The notes: generated by a model not told the origin, from the sequence alone. A DNA stretch of 64,000 nucleotides from an uncultured Chloroflexota bacterium (GCA_937901745.1 CALGSZ010000130.1:3320-67319); one strand, 5' to 3'. Numbered from the stretch's first letter, positions 1-10,684 are shown. A program made the numbers and translations.

Positions 1-48
1 AAGCCGGTCGCCGAGGTTCGAGCCGAGCGCGATGTAGGCGATTGCCAT
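1..48 (-). CDS. folK: 2-amino-4-hydroxy-6-hydroxymethyldihydropteridine diphosphokinase (5' fragment, runs off window)
   Basis: Reverse strand from ATG at 48 reads MAIAYIALGSNLGDRL, the HPPK N-terminal xYIxLGSNxGDR motif; follows folP; not in ORF track. Confidence 0.92.
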   Translation of the reverse strand, partial: MAIAYIALGSNLGDRL

Positions 49-65
49 TGCCTACCCACAATCAA

Positions 66-929
66 CTAGAGCGGCGGCGCGCCCGGCCAAGACTTGGCGA
101 CCGCCGGCGCCCCACGCACGACCGCGTCCGCCATCTGCGCGGCACGCAGGTTCTCGACCACATCGTGAACGCGGACGATATCGGCGCCGTTCGCGACGGC
201 GAGCGTTGTCGTTGCGAGTGTCCCCTCGAGCCGGTCGCGCTCACCCAGGCCAAGCACCCGGCCGATGGTGCTCTTCCGCGAGAACCCGACGAGGATCGGC
301 CGGCCGAGCGTGCGCAGCTCGTCGAGCCGGCGCAGCAACTCCAGATTCTGTCGCCAATCCTTGCCGAACCCGAAGCCCGGATCAATGATCAGATGGTCCC
401 AGGGGATTCCGGCTGCCAGCGCCCGGTCGAGCCGGCGCGACAGCTCGCGCAGCACGCTGGCGACCAGGTCCACGCCCGGCTCCGGCGGCACGTCGTGCAT
501 CAGGATCGCCGGGACGCCATGCGCTGCGGCGACGCTCGCCAGCTCCGGATCGCGCACGAATCCCCGGATGTCGTTGATCAGATTCGCGCCGGCCCGCAGC
601 GCCGCGTCGGCGACAACCGCCTTGTTCGTATCCACCGAGATCGGCAGGCTGACCCGCTCCCGGACCGCCGTCAGCACCGGCAGCAAGCGCTCCAGCTCTT
701 CCTCGGCCGTGACCGGCGTGTGTCCCGGCCGCGTCGACTCCGCGCCGATATCAATGATGTCCGCGCCCGCTTCCTGGGCAGCAGCGGCGTACCGGGCGGC
801 AGCTTCCGGATCTCCAGCCACGCCATCGCCGCTGAACGAGTCGGGCGTCGCGTTGACGATCGCCATCACGAACGTCTTGCCGCCCCACTCCAGCCGCCAC
901 TCGCCCCAAACAGTTGGCGCCAAGGTCAT
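66..929 (-). CDS. folP: dihydropteroate synthase
   Basis: [38 protein letters not shown] and VRVHDV motifs; ATGA overlap with folE. Confidence 0.97.
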   Translation of the reverse strand: MTLAPTVWGEWRLEWGGKTFVMAIVNATPDSFSGDGVAGDPEAAARYAAAAQEAGADIIDIGAESTRPGHTPVTAEEELERLLPVLTAVRERVSLPISVDTNKAVVADAALRAGANLINDIRGFVRDPELASVAAAHGVPAILMHDVPPEPGVDLVASVLRELSRRLDRALAAGIPWDHLIIDPGFGFGKDWRQNLELLRRLDELRTLGRPILVGFSRKSTIGRVLGLGERDRLEGTLATTTLAVANGADIVRVHDVVENLRAAQMADAVVRGAPAVAKSWPGAPPL

Positions 930-1555
930 TCGCGGTCTCCCCGGACAAACGCCATGAACTCCGCCCGCGTCTCCGGCCGTCGCCGGAAGCCGCCGCGCAT
1001 GGCCGAGGTGATCATCGTCGCGCCAGCTTTCTTGATCCCACGGATCGTCATACAGGTATGCACCGCCTCGATCACGACGCCGCAGCCATCCGGTCGCAGC
1101 TCCTCCATGATCGCGTCGGCGATTTCACTCGTAAGCCGCTCCTGGACCTGCGGTCGCCGGGCGTAACCTTCCACCAGCCGGGCGAGCTTACTCAGCCCGA
1201 CGACCCGCCCCTGCGGGATATAGCCGATGTGCGCCTTACCGATGAATGGCAGGAGGTGATGCTCGCAGACGGACGCGAACGGGATATCGCGGAGCATCAC
1301 CATCTCTGAGTGCCGCTCGTCAAAGGTGACGGCGAGATGGCGACGCGGATCCTCGCGCATCCCGGCGAAAAGCTCGGCGTAGCTCCGCGCGACGCGCTCC
1401 GGCGTGCGCAGCAATCCCTCGCGGTTCGGGTCTTCGCCGATCGCTAGCAGAATCTCCCGCACCGCCCGCTCGATCCGCGCGAGGTCAATCCCCGGAATCT
1501 CAAGCTCGATGGTGTCGTCCGCGTCCGGCTCGTGCCACGTCTCGCCAGCCGTCAT
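926..1555 (-). CDS. folE: GTP cyclohydrolase I (type 1)
   Basis: [41 protein letters not shown] and HTCMTIRG motifs. Confidence 0.97.
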   Translation of the reverse strand: MTAGETWHEPDADDTIELEIPGIDLARIERAVREILLAIGEDPNREGLLRTPERVARSYAELFAGMREDPRRHLAVTFDERHSEMVMLRDIPFASVCEHHLLPFIGKAHIGYIPQGRVVGLSKLARLVEGYARRPQVQERLTSEIADAIMEELRPDGCGVVIEAVHTCMTIRGIKKAGATMITSAMRGGFRRRPETRAEFMAFVRGDRE

Positions 1556-1587
1556 CAGTCCTCGTCGTTTCGGTCGCAGCCCTGGTC

Positions 1588-1962
1588 TTAGCTCGCATCG
1601 CGCCGGCGGCGCACGGTCACGCCGGCGGCATCGAACACCGCCCCGCGCACCGGCGCCTCCGGCTTGCGCACCGTGACAACGGCCGATTCCACTCGCGGGA
1701 ACTCCGCGAGCACCCGGTCAGCGATGGCTTCAGCGACGCTCTCGATCAGGTTCTTCGGCGGCCCTTCGACGATCTCCTTGATCACGCGGTAGAGCGCCGA
1801 GTAGCTGACCGTCGCCTCCAGCCGGTCGGATTGTCCCGCCTCGGACAGGTCGCATGCCACCCGGAGGTCAACGATGAATCGCTGACCGAGCTTCTGCTCC
1901 TCGGCGTGGACGCCGTGGAAGCCGTAGAGCCGGACGCCTTCGAGAAAGATCTCGTCAGTCAA
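1588..1962 (-). CDS. folB: dihydroneopterin aldolase
   Basis: [30 protein letters not shown] and VRKP motifs; TTG start overlaps the amidohydrolase stop. Confidence 0.95.
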   Translation of the reverse strand: MTDEIFLEGVRLYGFHGVHAEEQKLGQRFIVDLRVACDLSEAGQSDRLEATVSYSALYRVIKEIVEGPPKNLIESVAEAIADRVLAEFPRVESAVVTVRKPEAPVRGAVFDAAGVTVRRRRDAS

Positions 1963-3133
1963 GACCGTACAACCGGCGGGAATTCCCCGCGAGGATCAGC
2001 TCAGCGGCCTCCTGCGCATCCGCTGGTGTCAACATCCGCTCCGCAACCAAATCTTCCAGCGCGGCCTTGACCGCTTCCTTGCCGAGACGGGCGCTGGTGT
2101 AGTTGATCTCCGGGAGCGTGTAGCCGTCCGAGCCGTAGCAGACCTTGTTGACCGGCGCCATCGCTAGGACATCCCGCACGATCTGGCGCGCCGCGTGCGC
2201 CGCGAACGGAATCCCCTCGCTGAGATCGAGGTAGACGCGCGGCAGGACGTTCGCCATGTACGCCGCTTCGCGGTGATATGGGAACCCGGTGTGAACCAGC
2301 AGGACGCGGCAGGAGCGATAGACCGGGAACCGCAGCAGGTCCATGAGGTACGCCGGGCGAGCCAGGACCAGGTTGACCTCGAAGTCGCCCATGCCGGTGT
2401 GAATTTGCATCGGCACGTCGTGGTCCATGCAAAGCTCCAGCGCCCGGCAGAGGAGATGGTCGCGGAGCTTCTTCATGCTCCCGCCGCCAAGGCCGCGCCG
2501 GATCGCGTCGAGCGCTTGGAGCCCCTGATCCGGCGTCCGCGAGAGCGGCGAGACGTCGAGCCCGGTCCGGTAGGCAATGATAGACTTGACACCCTTGAAG
2601 CCACGCTTCGTCAGCGCGTCGGAAATGGTGTCGTCGTAGCGCTGCCGGAACTCCGACCAGCCGATGTCCTCCTTCAGGAGGTCAGCGATCAGCGGCTCGA
2701 TACGGAAGACCGGGACGACCTCGACCGGCAGCTCGCTCTTCACCTGGTCGACATCGAGCATCGGCAGCGGAATGCCGAAGTCGAAGATCAGTGTCTCCAG
2801 GCGGACCGAGCCGTAGAGCCGCGCGACGTAGCGGCTGTAATCCTCGGCCACGGCCGCGTTGCGCGCGGCGATGACGGTCTCCACGTCCGGCTCGACACCG
2901 AAGAAGTCGGCCAGGTCGAGGATCATCCGCTTGAAATAGAGGGTGTGGCGCTTGATCGCCTGCAGCTCATCGCGCAGGTCGTCCGACCACTCGACGCCCC
3001 CCTCCTCCATGTACTTTCGCGATCCGCCGCCGAACGCGGTCAGATCGGTGAACTCCTCCGCGCTCACCGATCCCCGGTTCAGAAACGGATGGCAGTGCAC
3101 ATCAACGACTGGCAGGTGCTCGACCTCGACCAT
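1955..3133 (-). CDS. amidohydrolase family 2 protein (FluG N-terminal-domain-like)
   Basis: DVHCH metal motif, KSIIAYRTGL, QIHTGMGD, LVHTGFPY, YGSDG; SD GGAGGGGG. Confidence 0.85.
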   Translation of the reverse strand: MVEVEHLPVVDVHCHPFLNRGSVSAEEFTDLTAFGGGSRKYMEEGGVEWSDDLRDELQAIKRHTLYFKRMILDLADFFGVEPDVETVIAARNAAVAEDYSRYVARLYGSVRLETLIFDFGIPLPMLDVDQVKSELPVEVVPVFRIEPLIADLLKEDIGWSEFRQRYDDTISDALTKRGFKGVKSIIAYRTGLDVSPLSRTPDQGLQALDAIRRGLGGGSMKKLRDHLLCRALELCMDHDVPMQIHTGMGDFEVNLVLARPAYLMDLLRFPVYRSCRVLLVHTGFPYHREAAYMANVLPRVYLDLSEGIPFAAHAARQIVRDVLAMAPVNKVCYGSDGYTLPEINYTSARLGKEAVKAALEDLVAERMLTPADAQEAAELILAGNSRRLYGLD

Positions 3134-3166
3134 GCCCCCTCCACGGCGGCCCGCGCCGCTCCGGTG

Positions 3167-4522
3167 CTAGACAACGTCCAGATAGGTAGCCCGTTCCCAG
3201 GGATGAACTTCCAGATCGTACATCGCCAGCTCGTGCCGCTTGACGGAGAGGAAGTGCGGCAGCGCGACATCCCCGATCGCGCTCGCCACGACCTCGTCCG
3301 CTTCCAGCGCGGCCAGCGCCTCCGGCAGGTTCCGCGGCAGGAATTTCAGTCCGTGCCGGTCGGCCTCTTCCTGCGAGATATGCCCGATGTCTCCCTGGAA
3401 TGGCTCGCCGGGATCGATCCGGTTGCGAATGCCATCCAGCCCGGCCGCCAACAGGCCCGTAAGGAAGAGCGCCGGGTTGCAGCTATTGTCGCCAGAGCGG
3501 TACTCGATTCGGCGGCGCTTGCCGACACCCGGAACCCGGATCACGCCCGACCGGTTGCCGTAGCCCCAGTAGGCGTGCGACGGCGCCCAGGAACCGGGCA
3601 GCAGCCGCTTGTAGCTATTGACGGTCGGCGAGCCGAGCGCCGTCAGCGCCGGCGCGTGCTTGAGCAATCCGCCGACGAACCACAGCCCGATTTCCGAGAG
3701 CGAGGTCTCGTCGGAGTCCGACGCCGTCAGATCGACCTCGCCTGCCGCGTCCCAAATGCTGATGTGGACGTGGAGGCTGGAGCCCGCCCAGTGCGGGTAG
3801 ATCTTCGGCATGAAGGTGGCGATGTAGCCGTAATCGCGCGCGACATCGCGGACGACTTCCTTCAGCGACCAGTAGTCGTCCACCGCTTCGATCGGCGAGC
3901 CGTGGCGGACAGTCAGCTCGTACTGGCCGGGGCCGTACTCCTTGCCGAGCTGCGCCACGATCACGCCCATCGCCCGCAGCTCGTCAATGACGCGGGTCAC
4001 GAAGCCATTCGCTTCCTGCAACCCGGCCGAGGTGAACATCCGCGTCTGGTTGATCGGCTCGTACTCGCCGTCTTCCCGCCGGTTCAGCAGATAGAACTCC
4101 GGCTCCAGTGCGCACTGGACGGAGTAGCCCTCGCGGCGCAGCTCCTCCATCACGGCCTCGAGCCGCGTCCGGGGATCGCCCTGCCACACGCTGCCGTCCG
4201 TCTGCCGCATCCAGGCGTGCGTCCGCGCCGTCTTTGGATATCGCGGCAACACCGCGTAGGAGCGCGGGTCGGGAACGGCCATGAAATCGCCGGAGTCAGC
4301 CAGCCACGTCGCCGTCGGCGGCTGGTGATCGAGGATGTCCATGTCGAGATTCGCCATCGCGAAAACGACGCCCTCGCGGACGACGCTGCGGAACCCTTCC
4401 GGCGGAATCGTCTTCGCGCACGGCCGGCCGCTGTAATCGTGGTAGATCACCCAGAGATGCTCGATCCCGTCCTGCTCCAGCCGGCGGAGGAGAGAATCGG
4501 CGTCACGCAACCCGCTATCCAT
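3167..4522 (-). CDS. glutamine synthetase-like gamma-glutamyl:amine ligase (PuuA/FluG-C type)
   Basis: EPEFY, EYGPGQYE, MPK..GSSLHVH, NSYKRL, NRS..IRVP, IEYR; the FDGSS ammonium-site segment of true GlnA is absent. Confidence 0.85.
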   Translation of the reverse strand: MDSGLRDADSLLRRLEQDGIEHLWVIYHDYSGRPCAKTIPPEGFRSVVREGVVFAMANLDMDILDHQPPTATWLADSGDFMAVPDPRSYAVLPRYPKTARTHAWMRQTDGSVWQGDPRTRLEAVMEELRREGYSVQCALEPEFYLLNRREDGEYEPINQTRMFTSAGLQEANGFVTRVIDELRAMGVIVAQLGKEYGPGQYELTVRHGSPIEAVDDYWSLKEVVRDVARDYGYIATFMPKIYPHWAGSSLHVHISIWDAAGEVDLTASDSDETSLSEIGLWFVGGLLKHAPALTALGSPTVNSYKRLLPGSWAPSHAYWGYGNRSGVIRVPGVGKRRRIEYRSGDNSCNPALFLTGLLAAGLDGIRNRIDPGEPFQGDIGHISQEEADRHGLKFLPRNLPEALAALEADEVVASAIGDVALPHFLSVKRHELAMYDLEVHPWERATYLDVV

Positions 4523-5684
4523 TGATCAGCACCTCGTCATTCCCAATCGCCATCAAGAGCTTCGCCAGAAGTGCCGTTCGTGGCACGATGCTGCTCTGCA
4601 AGATGTACTCGTCCGGTCCGTGGTCGAGCCCGCCGATCGGCCCCAGACCATCGAGACCGGGCGTCCCCTGATAACAAGCAATGCTGACGTCCGAACCGCC
4701 GCCGGTGCGCGCTCCCTTCAGCGAGAAGCCAAGCTCGTTCGCGATGCGCACCGCGTGCTCTTCGAGGCGGACGGTACCGGCCGTCCGCTCCATTGCCGGC
4801 ATCCCCTCACCATCGCGCGTGACTCGCACCTCGACGTCCGGTACCCAGGGAGATCGCGCCGTCCGCTCGAACGCCTCGGTCAGCTCATCCAGGTCGGCGA
4901 CCGACCACGCGCGCAGATCGAACATTCCCCGTGCGTAGTCCGCGACGATGTTCGGATTAGCGCCCCCTTCGATCCGGCCGGGATTGACCGTCATCCCGTC
5001 CTTCATCCCGTTCAGCTTGAACGTCTCGACGATGATGTGGGACAAGGCCAGCGTCGCGCTCCGGCCCTTTTCCGGCTCGACGCCCGCGTGAGCGGACTTG
5101 CCGAACACTTCAACCGATAACCAGCGTGTCGCCTTGCGCGCGACCACGATATCCCCATTCTCCCGCGCCGCCTCCAGCGTCAGGACGGCGTGATGGCGCG
5201 GCCCTTCCTCTCGCAGCAACTGGGCCGAATGGCGGTCCTCGATCTCCTCATCGGAGACGACGACAAACGTAATCTCCCCGAAATCCGACCAGCCGACCTC
5301 CTGGAGCGCCTGCAGCGCGTAGATCCCGGTCAGCAGCCCGGCCTTCATGTCGCAGGTGCCAGGGCCCATCAGCCGGTCGCCGACGAGCGTCAGCGGCCGC
5401 TGCGCCGCCGTCCCGGCCGGGTAGACCGTATCCGCGTGCCCCAGCAGCATGACGCGCGCCCGCCCGCTTCCCGAGCGCCGCGCGACGAGGTCATCGCCCC
5501 ATTCCGTTTGTGGACGCCGGTCGATCGTGAAGCCAAGCTCGCTCAGCCGCTCGGCGAGCCAGTCTTGAACGGCATCCACGCCGGCCTTGTCGTAGGTGCC
5601 GGAATCGATCCCGGTCAGATAGCGGAGATCGGACAGGTAGTCTTCCAGCCGCGCCTCCAGGTAGGCGACGATCGCGTCAGTCAC
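4515..5684 (-). CDS. M20 metallopeptidase, carboxypeptidase G2-like
   Basis: LLGHADTV, GPGTCDMKAG, SDEEI, HAGVEPEKG, GGGSD and HGPDE motifs. Confidence 0.85.
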   Translation of the reverse strand: MTDAIVAYLEARLEDYLSDLRYLTGIDSGTYDKAGVDAVQDWLAERLSELGFTIDRRPQTEWGDDLVARRSGSGRARVMLLGHADTVYPAGTAAQRPLTLVGDRLMGPGTCDMKAGLLTGIYALQALQEVGWSDFGEITFVVVSDEEIEDRHSAQLLREEGPRHHAVLTLEAARENGDIVVARKATRWLSVEVFGKSAHAGVEPEKGRSATLALSHIIVETFKLNGMKDGMTVNPGRIEGGANPNIVADYARGMFDLRAWSVADLDELTEAFERTARSPWVPDVEVRVTRDGEGMPAMERTAGTVRLEEHAVRIANELGFSLKGARTGGGSDVSIACYQGTPGLDGLGPIGGLDHGPDEYILQSSIVPRTALLAKLLMAIGNDEVLING

Positions 5685-5745
5685 CTCGAGTTGCTGCTCC
5701 TTTCGCTGACTTCATCTCCGCCAAACCCGGAGAGTGGCCCGCGCG

Positions 5746-7098
5746 TCACCATCCCGCGAACTCGGCGACGGCTTCGTCGGGCACCTTGCCTTGCAGGACG
5801 TCGTCAATCGCCTGCTCCAGGATCGCCACGCCCTCGTCAATCTGCTCCCGCGTCAGGATCAGCGGCGGCGTGATCTCGATCACGTTGCCCCACATCCCCG
5901 CGTAGTAGACGATCAGGCCAAGCTCATAGGCGCGATAGACGATCTTCGCCCCGGACGATTGATCCGGCTCTTTGCTCTCCCGGTCCGTGACCAGCTCGAC
6001 GCCTTGGATCATCCCAAGACCGCGCACATCTCCGACGATCGGGAAGCGGCCCAGGCGCTCCTTCAGCCGCTCGTGGAGGTACCGGCCGTTCTCGGCCGCC
6101 GCCGCGACCAGCCCGAGCCGCTCCGTCTCCTCGACGACAGCCAGCCCGGACGCGCAGCTCGCCGCGTTACCGACGGTCGTGAAGAGCGCGATCCCCGTCC
6201 CCGCGTCGAGAATCTCTCGCCGCCCGACGATCGCGCTGAGCGGCAACCCACCGCCGAGCGACTTCCCGAGCAGCACGAGGTCGGGAACGACATCCGCGTG
6301 CTGGAATGCGAACCAACGCCCGGTCCGCCCCATCCCGACCTTGATCTCGTCAACGACCAGCAGGATGCCGTGGCGGTCGCAGAGGGCGCGCAGCTTCGGC
6401 AGGAAGTCCGGCGGCGGAACGATATCGCCGCCGTCGCTCTGCACCGCCTCAACGAAGACGGCCGCGACCTCCTCCGGCGGGCAGATCGTCCGGAACAGGT
6501 AGTTCTCCAGGAAGTTGAGGCACTGGTCGGTGACGTTGCCGGAGCCGTCGCCGAACGGGTTTCGGTACGGATTCGGGTAGGGCACCTTCAGGACGTGGCC
6601 GCCAGCCGCGCTTGTGAGCGACGGATGCGCCGAGAGCGCCATTGACGCTTCGGTCGTCCCGTGCCAGCTCCCGATGAAAGAGACGAGGCGGCGCTTGCCC
6701 GTCGCCCGCAGGACCAGCCGTTGCGCCGTCTCGCTCGCGTCCGAGCCGGAGAGCCCGAACCAGACCTTCTTCTCGAAATCGCCCGGCACCAGCGCGGTCA
6801 GCCTCTCGGCCAATTCCAGCGCCGGCAGGTTGATGCCCGAGATCAGCCCGCCGAACGTCGTACGCGACACCTGCTCCGCCACCGCCGCGCGGACGCGCTC
6901 GTTGCTGTAGCCAAGCGTCGCCAGCGCCCAGCCAGCCCCGAAATCGAGATACCGCCGGCCATCGGTATCAAACAGGTACGGCCCCTCGCCATGATCCAGC
7001 ACGAATGGGGTGTAGCGAATCTTGAGCGCATCGGCGATCAGCCGGCGATCCATCTCGACCGCTTGGGCAGTCGTCATCGTGGGGGCACTCGACATCAC
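5746..7098 (-). CDS. class-III PLP aminotransferase (GabT-like)
   Basis: SGSDASE, SWHGTT, EAVQSDGG, DEIKVGMGRTG, LLGKSLGGG (PLP lysine), VRGLG. Confidence 0.9.
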   Translation of the reverse strand: MMSSAPTMTTAQAVEMDRRLIADALKIRYTPFVLDHGEGPYLFDTDGRRYLDFGAGWALATLGYSNERVRAAVAEQVSRTTFGGLISGINLPALELAERLTALVPGDFEKKVWFGLSGSDASETAQRLVLRATGKRRLVSFIGSWHGTTEASMALSAHPSLTSAAGGHVLKVPYPNPYRNPFGDGSGNVTDQCLNFLENYLFRTICPPEEVAAVFVEAVQSDGGDIVPPPDFLPKLRALCDRHGILLVVDEIKVGMGRTGRWFAFQHADVVPDLVLLGKSLGGGLPLSAIVGRREILDAGTGIALFTTVGNAASCASGLAVVEETERLGLVAAAAENGRYLHERLKERLGRFPIVGDVRGLGMIQGVELVTDRESKEPDQSSGAKIVYRAYELGLIVYYAGMWGNVIEITPPLILTREQIDEGVAILEQAIDDVLQGKVPDEAVAEFAGW

Positions 7099-7123
7099 TC
7101 ACGTTCCTCCGCGAGCCATCGCG

Positions 7124-8239
7124 TCAACTCGGCTTCACCGGAGCGTCCGCCGGCGACGGCATAGCCTGACGACGCCGCGACCAACGCCGCGGCCAGGACA
7201 GCTCCCGCCCGCCGGTGATCCCGGACGGTCGAATAATGAGCACGAGGATGATCGCGACGGCGAGGACGATCTCCGTAAAGCCGACGAACTGGAACGGCAG
7301 GAGGTCACCGAACCACGTACCCTCCGTCCGCTGCGTGTTCAGCCAGTTTTCGATCTGCCGGAGCTGCTCCGACGCCAGCGCCACCGCCACCGTGCCGATC
7401 ACCGCGCCACTGACCGAGCCCGTGCCGCCGATGATCAGCATCGAGACGATCAGGAAAGTCTCCGCCAAGTAGAAGTTGTGCGGGGAGAACTGCTGGATGA
7501 AATGCGCCCACAGCGCGCCGCCGACGCCCGAGAAGAAGACACTGATGACCCAAGCGACCCAGCGGATGCGCGGCGCATCCACGCCCAAGCTCGCCGCCGC
7601 GTCCTCATCCTCGCGGGACGCGCGCAGCTTCAACCCGATGGACGACTCCTTGAAGGCGTAGGCGAGCACGACGGCGAGGGCGGCGCAGATGAACGCCGTC
7701 CAAAGCCCGGTGTACTTCGGAATGCCGATCACCGTCCGCGAGCCGCGCGTCACCTCGGACCACTGCAGCGCGACGCGATTGACGACGATCAAGAACGCGA
7801 ACGTCGCAATCATGAAGGCCGCGCCGCGCAGGCGGACGAGCGCGATGCCAATCAATGCGCCGACGACAGTCGCGATCAGCGCGCCGACCAGCACGGACGG
7901 CCAGAACGGAAGATGCTGCTCGTAGAGCCACCAGTCGCGCGGCATGTCCGGCAGGGCCACGCGCTTCTGCTGCGGCGTCAGCGAGAACCAAATCGAACCG
8001 TACGCGCCGATCGTCACGAACGCGTACTGGCCGAAAGAGCCAAGTCCCGAATTTCCCATGAAGATCTGCAAGCCGACGACCAGGACGAGGTTAATCAGCA
8101 TCACGGTGATGACGCGCTCGAAGACGATGTCGTCCCGGACGGCGGCCAGCAGCGTCAGCGCGAGCAAGCCGGCGAGCAGGATGATCGGTGTCGAGAGGCG
8201 GCGCGCTACCTCTCCGGTTGTGGCGCGTGAGGTCGTCAC
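7124..8239 (-). CDS. branched-chain amino acid-type ABC permease (LivM-like)
   Basis: Hydrophobic; GLGSFGQYAF, LRASREDEDAAASLGV, IIGGTGS; start moved to GTG 8239 (GTGA overlap with upstream stop). Confidence 0.88.
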   Translation of the reverse strand: MTTSRATTGEVARRLSTPIILLAGLLALTLLAAVRDDIVFERVITVMLINLVLVVGLQIFMGNSGLGSFGQYAFVTIGAYGSIWFSLTPQQKRVALPDMPRDWWLYEQHLPFWPSVLVGALIATVVGALIGIALVRLRGAAFMIATFAFLIVVNRVALQWSEVTRGSRTVIGIPKYTGLWTAFICAALAVVLAYAFKESSIGLKLRASREDEDAAASLGVDAPRIRWVAWVISVFFSGVGGALWAHFIQQFSPHNFYLAETFLIVSMLIIGGTGSVSGAVIGTVAVALASEQLRQIENWLNTQRTEGTWFGDLLPFQFVGFTEIVLAVAIILVLIIRPSGITGGRELSWPRRWSRRRQAMPSPADAPVKPS

Positions 8240-9141
8240 CGGCTCTCCCTCGAATAGCTTGGGCGGATCAAACCGTCCGGCCGGATGAGAAGCACGAGGA
8301 TCACGATGCCGAACATGACCGCGTCGCGATAGGCATTCACGCCCTGCGGCAGCCACGTCTGCAGACCCATCGTCAAGAATCCGAGAACGTAGCCGCCCAG
8401 CACCGCCCCTTTCAGCGTCGCCATCCCACCGACGACTGAGGCGATGAAGGCGATCAGGACCGGCTGCAGCCCGACCGTCGGCCACGTCTGACCGGAGCTA
8501 CCCACCCAGAAGATCGCGACGATCCCGGCCATGAAGCCGCTCACGGCGAAGGCGGCCGCGATGACCATGTTGGCGCGGATGCCAAGCAGCCGTGTCATCG
8601 TGAAGTCATCCGCCGCCGCTCGCAGCGCCAGCCCGATCACCGTGCGTCGCAGGAACACGGTCAACGCGCCGAGAGCGATCAAGCTCACCAGCAACGCGAT
8701 GAGATCGACGATCTTGAACTGGACTCCGGCAACGGTGACGTTCTTGACGAAGATGTCCGGCAAGCGCGGCGCGCGCGGTCGTGGTGAGATTGCCAGCAGC
8801 GCGATGTTCTGCAGCAGATTACTGACCGCGAACGAGGTGATGAGGAGCGTCGTCGCGCTACTGTTTCGGACCGGCCGGAAGGCCACCCGCTCCATCAGCA
8901 ACGCGGCAATCACCGCCGCGATGATGCTGAGTATGGCGACGATGATCCACGGCAGCGGCGTGTCACCGAACAACAACAGGCCATACCCGCCGACCATCAC
9001 CAGCTCGCCGTAGGCGAAGTTCACGAGGCGGAGAATCCCATAGACGATGACGAGCCCGAGCGCCATCAGCGCGTAGAGCCCGCCGAGCGACAGCGCCGAG
9101 ACGAGATATTGTGCAAGCTCGCTGAAATCTGGCACGGTCAC
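8236..9141 (-). CDS. branched-chain amino acid-type ABC permease (LivH-like)
   Basis: YALMALGLVIVYGILRLVNFAYGE, GLALRAAADD, VVGGM, RPDGL motifs. Confidence 0.9.
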   Translation of the reverse strand: MTVPDFSELAQYLVSALSLGGLYALMALGLVIVYGILRLVNFAYGELVMVGGYGLLLFGDTPLPWIIVAILSIIAAVIAALLMERVAFRPVRNSSATTLLITSFAVSNLLQNIALLAISPRPRAPRLPDIFVKNVTVAGVQFKIVDLIALLVSLIALGALTVFLRRTVIGLALRAAADDFTMTRLLGIRANMVIAAAFAVSGFMAGIVAIFWVGSSGQTWPTVGLQPVLIAFIASVVGGMATLKGAVLGGYVLGFLTMGLQTWLPQGVNAYRDAVMFGIVILVLLIRPDGLIRPSYSRESR

Positions 9142-9890
9142 ACCCCACCGGGCGCGGGCGCGGCCGCGACTGAATTGGTTCCGCCGCCCAGATACGCGCG
9201 CTCGATATCCGCGTGCTGCCGAATCTCCGCCGGCGACCCGGCGAACTCAACCTGCCCCGTATTCAGCAAATACGCCCGATTGACGATGTCCAGCGTCATG
9301 CGCACGTTCTGCTCGACCAGCAAGATCGTCATGCCCAAATCGCGCAACTGCACGATCAATCGGAAGACTTCGGCGACCATCTTCGGCGCCAGCCCAAGCG
9401 AGGGCTCATCCATCAGGAGCATCCGCGGGCGCGACATCAACGCGCGCGCGATCGCCAGCATTTGCTGCTGACCGCCCGAGAGCTTGCCCGCTGGCTGATG
9501 CTTGCGCTCACCGAGGATCGGGAAGAATTCGTACCACCGCGCCAAGTCCTGCTCGACGGTGGCATGGTCGCGGATCGTCGCCGCTCCCAGGCGCAGGTTC
9601 TCCTCCACCGTCAGCGAGGGAAAGACTCGCCGTCCCTCCATCACCGGCGCGATCCCCTGGCGGATGATCGTCTCCGGCGGCAACCCGACCAGTGAGCGGC
9701 CGTCGAAGGTGATCTTCCCGCGGACGGGCCGCACGACGCCCATGATCGAGAGCATCGTCGTGCTCTTCCCCGCGCCGTTGACGCCGATCAGCCCGACAAT
9801 CTCACCCTCGTTGACCGAGAGCGAGATGCCTCGTAGCGCCTCGATCGCCCCATAGCGGACGACGAGATTTTCAACCTCCAGCAGGCTCAC
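9138..9890 (-). CDS. ABC ATP-binding protein (LivF-like)
   Basis: GVNGAGKST, LSGGQQQMLAIARALM, DEPSLGLAP, LVEQN. Confidence 0.93.
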   Translation of the reverse strand: MSLLEVENLVVRYGAIEALRGISLSVNEGEIVGLIGVNGAGKSTTMLSIMGVVRPVRGKITFDGRSLVGLPPETIIRQGIAPVMEGRRVFPSLTVEENLRLGAATIRDHATVEQDLARWYEFFPILGERKHQPAGKLSGGQQQMLAIARALMSRPRMLLMDEPSLGLAPKMVAEVFRLIVQLRDLGMTILLVEQNVRMTLDIVNRAYLLNTGQVEFAGSPAEIRQHADIERAYLGGGTNSVAAAPAPGGV

Positions 9891-10653
9891 CGGCCACCAC
9901 CTCGGTTCCCAAGTACGCCTCGATCACCGCCGGCTCGCGCCGAACATCATCCGGCGCCCCTTCGGCGATCGTCCGGCCATAGTTCAAGACGTGGAGACGG
10001 TCGCAGACCCCCATGATCAAGCGCATATCGTGGTCAACGACGAGGATGCCGCACCCCAACTCCTGCCGGATCCGCTGCAGCGTCGCCAGCAAGACCTCGA
10101 TCTCGGCGTCGTTCAATCCGGCGCCCGGCTCATCGAGGAGGAGGAAATGCGGCTCAGTCGCGAGCGCCCGCGCGATCTCCACGCGTCGCTCCTCGCCCTG
10201 CGGCAGGATGCTCGCCGGCACATCGGCCAGATGCTGGATTCCAACAGTCTCCAACGCCCGGTCCGCTCGCGCGGCGGCTTCGCGGCGGCTCACGCCCTTG
10301 GCGCTGATCGCCGCCACCTCCACGTTCTCGCGCACCGAGAAATCCTTGAAGAGCTTGACGACCTGGAAGGTGCGCGCAACGCCGCGTCGCGCGATCTTGT
10401 GGGGTGGCCAGCCCGTCACGTCAGTCCCGTTCACGGTGATCTGGCCGGAAGTCAGACGCAGGAGTCCTGTCAGGAGATTGATCGTCGTCGTCTTGCCGGA
10501 GCCGTTCGGGCCAATCAGGCCGAGGATTTCGCCCTGCGCCAGCTGGAAGCTGACGCCATCAACGGCGCGAAGCCCCGCGAAGTCCTTTGTGAGTTGGCTT
10601 GCGACGAGTTGACCGCCCCGCCCCGCCGCTCCGTCAATTGCAGTTTGGTGCAT
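9871..10653 (-). CDS. ABC ATP-binding protein (LivG-like)
   Basis: GPNGSGKTT, ARTFQ, LLLDEPGAGL, VDHDM, VIEAYLG. Confidence 0.93.
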   Translation of the reverse strand: MHQTAIDGAAGRGGQLVASQLTKDFAGLRAVDGVSFQLAQGEILGLIGPNGSGKTTTINLLTGLLRLTSGQITVNGTDVTGWPPHKIARRGVARTFQVVKLFKDFSVRENVEVAAISAKGVSRREAAARADRALETVGIQHLADVPASILPQGEERRVEIARALATEPHFLLLDEPGAGLNDAEIEVLLATLQRIRQELGCGILVVDHDMRLIMGVCDRLHVLNYGRTIAEGAPDDVRREPAVIEAYLGTEVVAGEPAGG

Positions 10654-10684
10654 GTCCTCTCACGATCGCCTGGCGATACCGGCA

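Noticed and set aside
3134..3169. GS-like TAG stop is in frame with the amidohydrolase ATG (33 nt, no stop), suggesting a read-through fusion
   Set aside because: One-in-three chance by frame; the downstream gene has its own strong SD; domain order is opposite to FluG
2195..4525. 776-aa plus-strand ORF and many other long antisense or alternate-frame ORFs (e.g. 42-1166, 11978-13444, 15267-16694, 22136-23665, 27047-28480)
   Set aside because: They shadow well-supported genes, are Arg/Pro/Ala-rich with no motifs, and are expected from GC-rich codon bias
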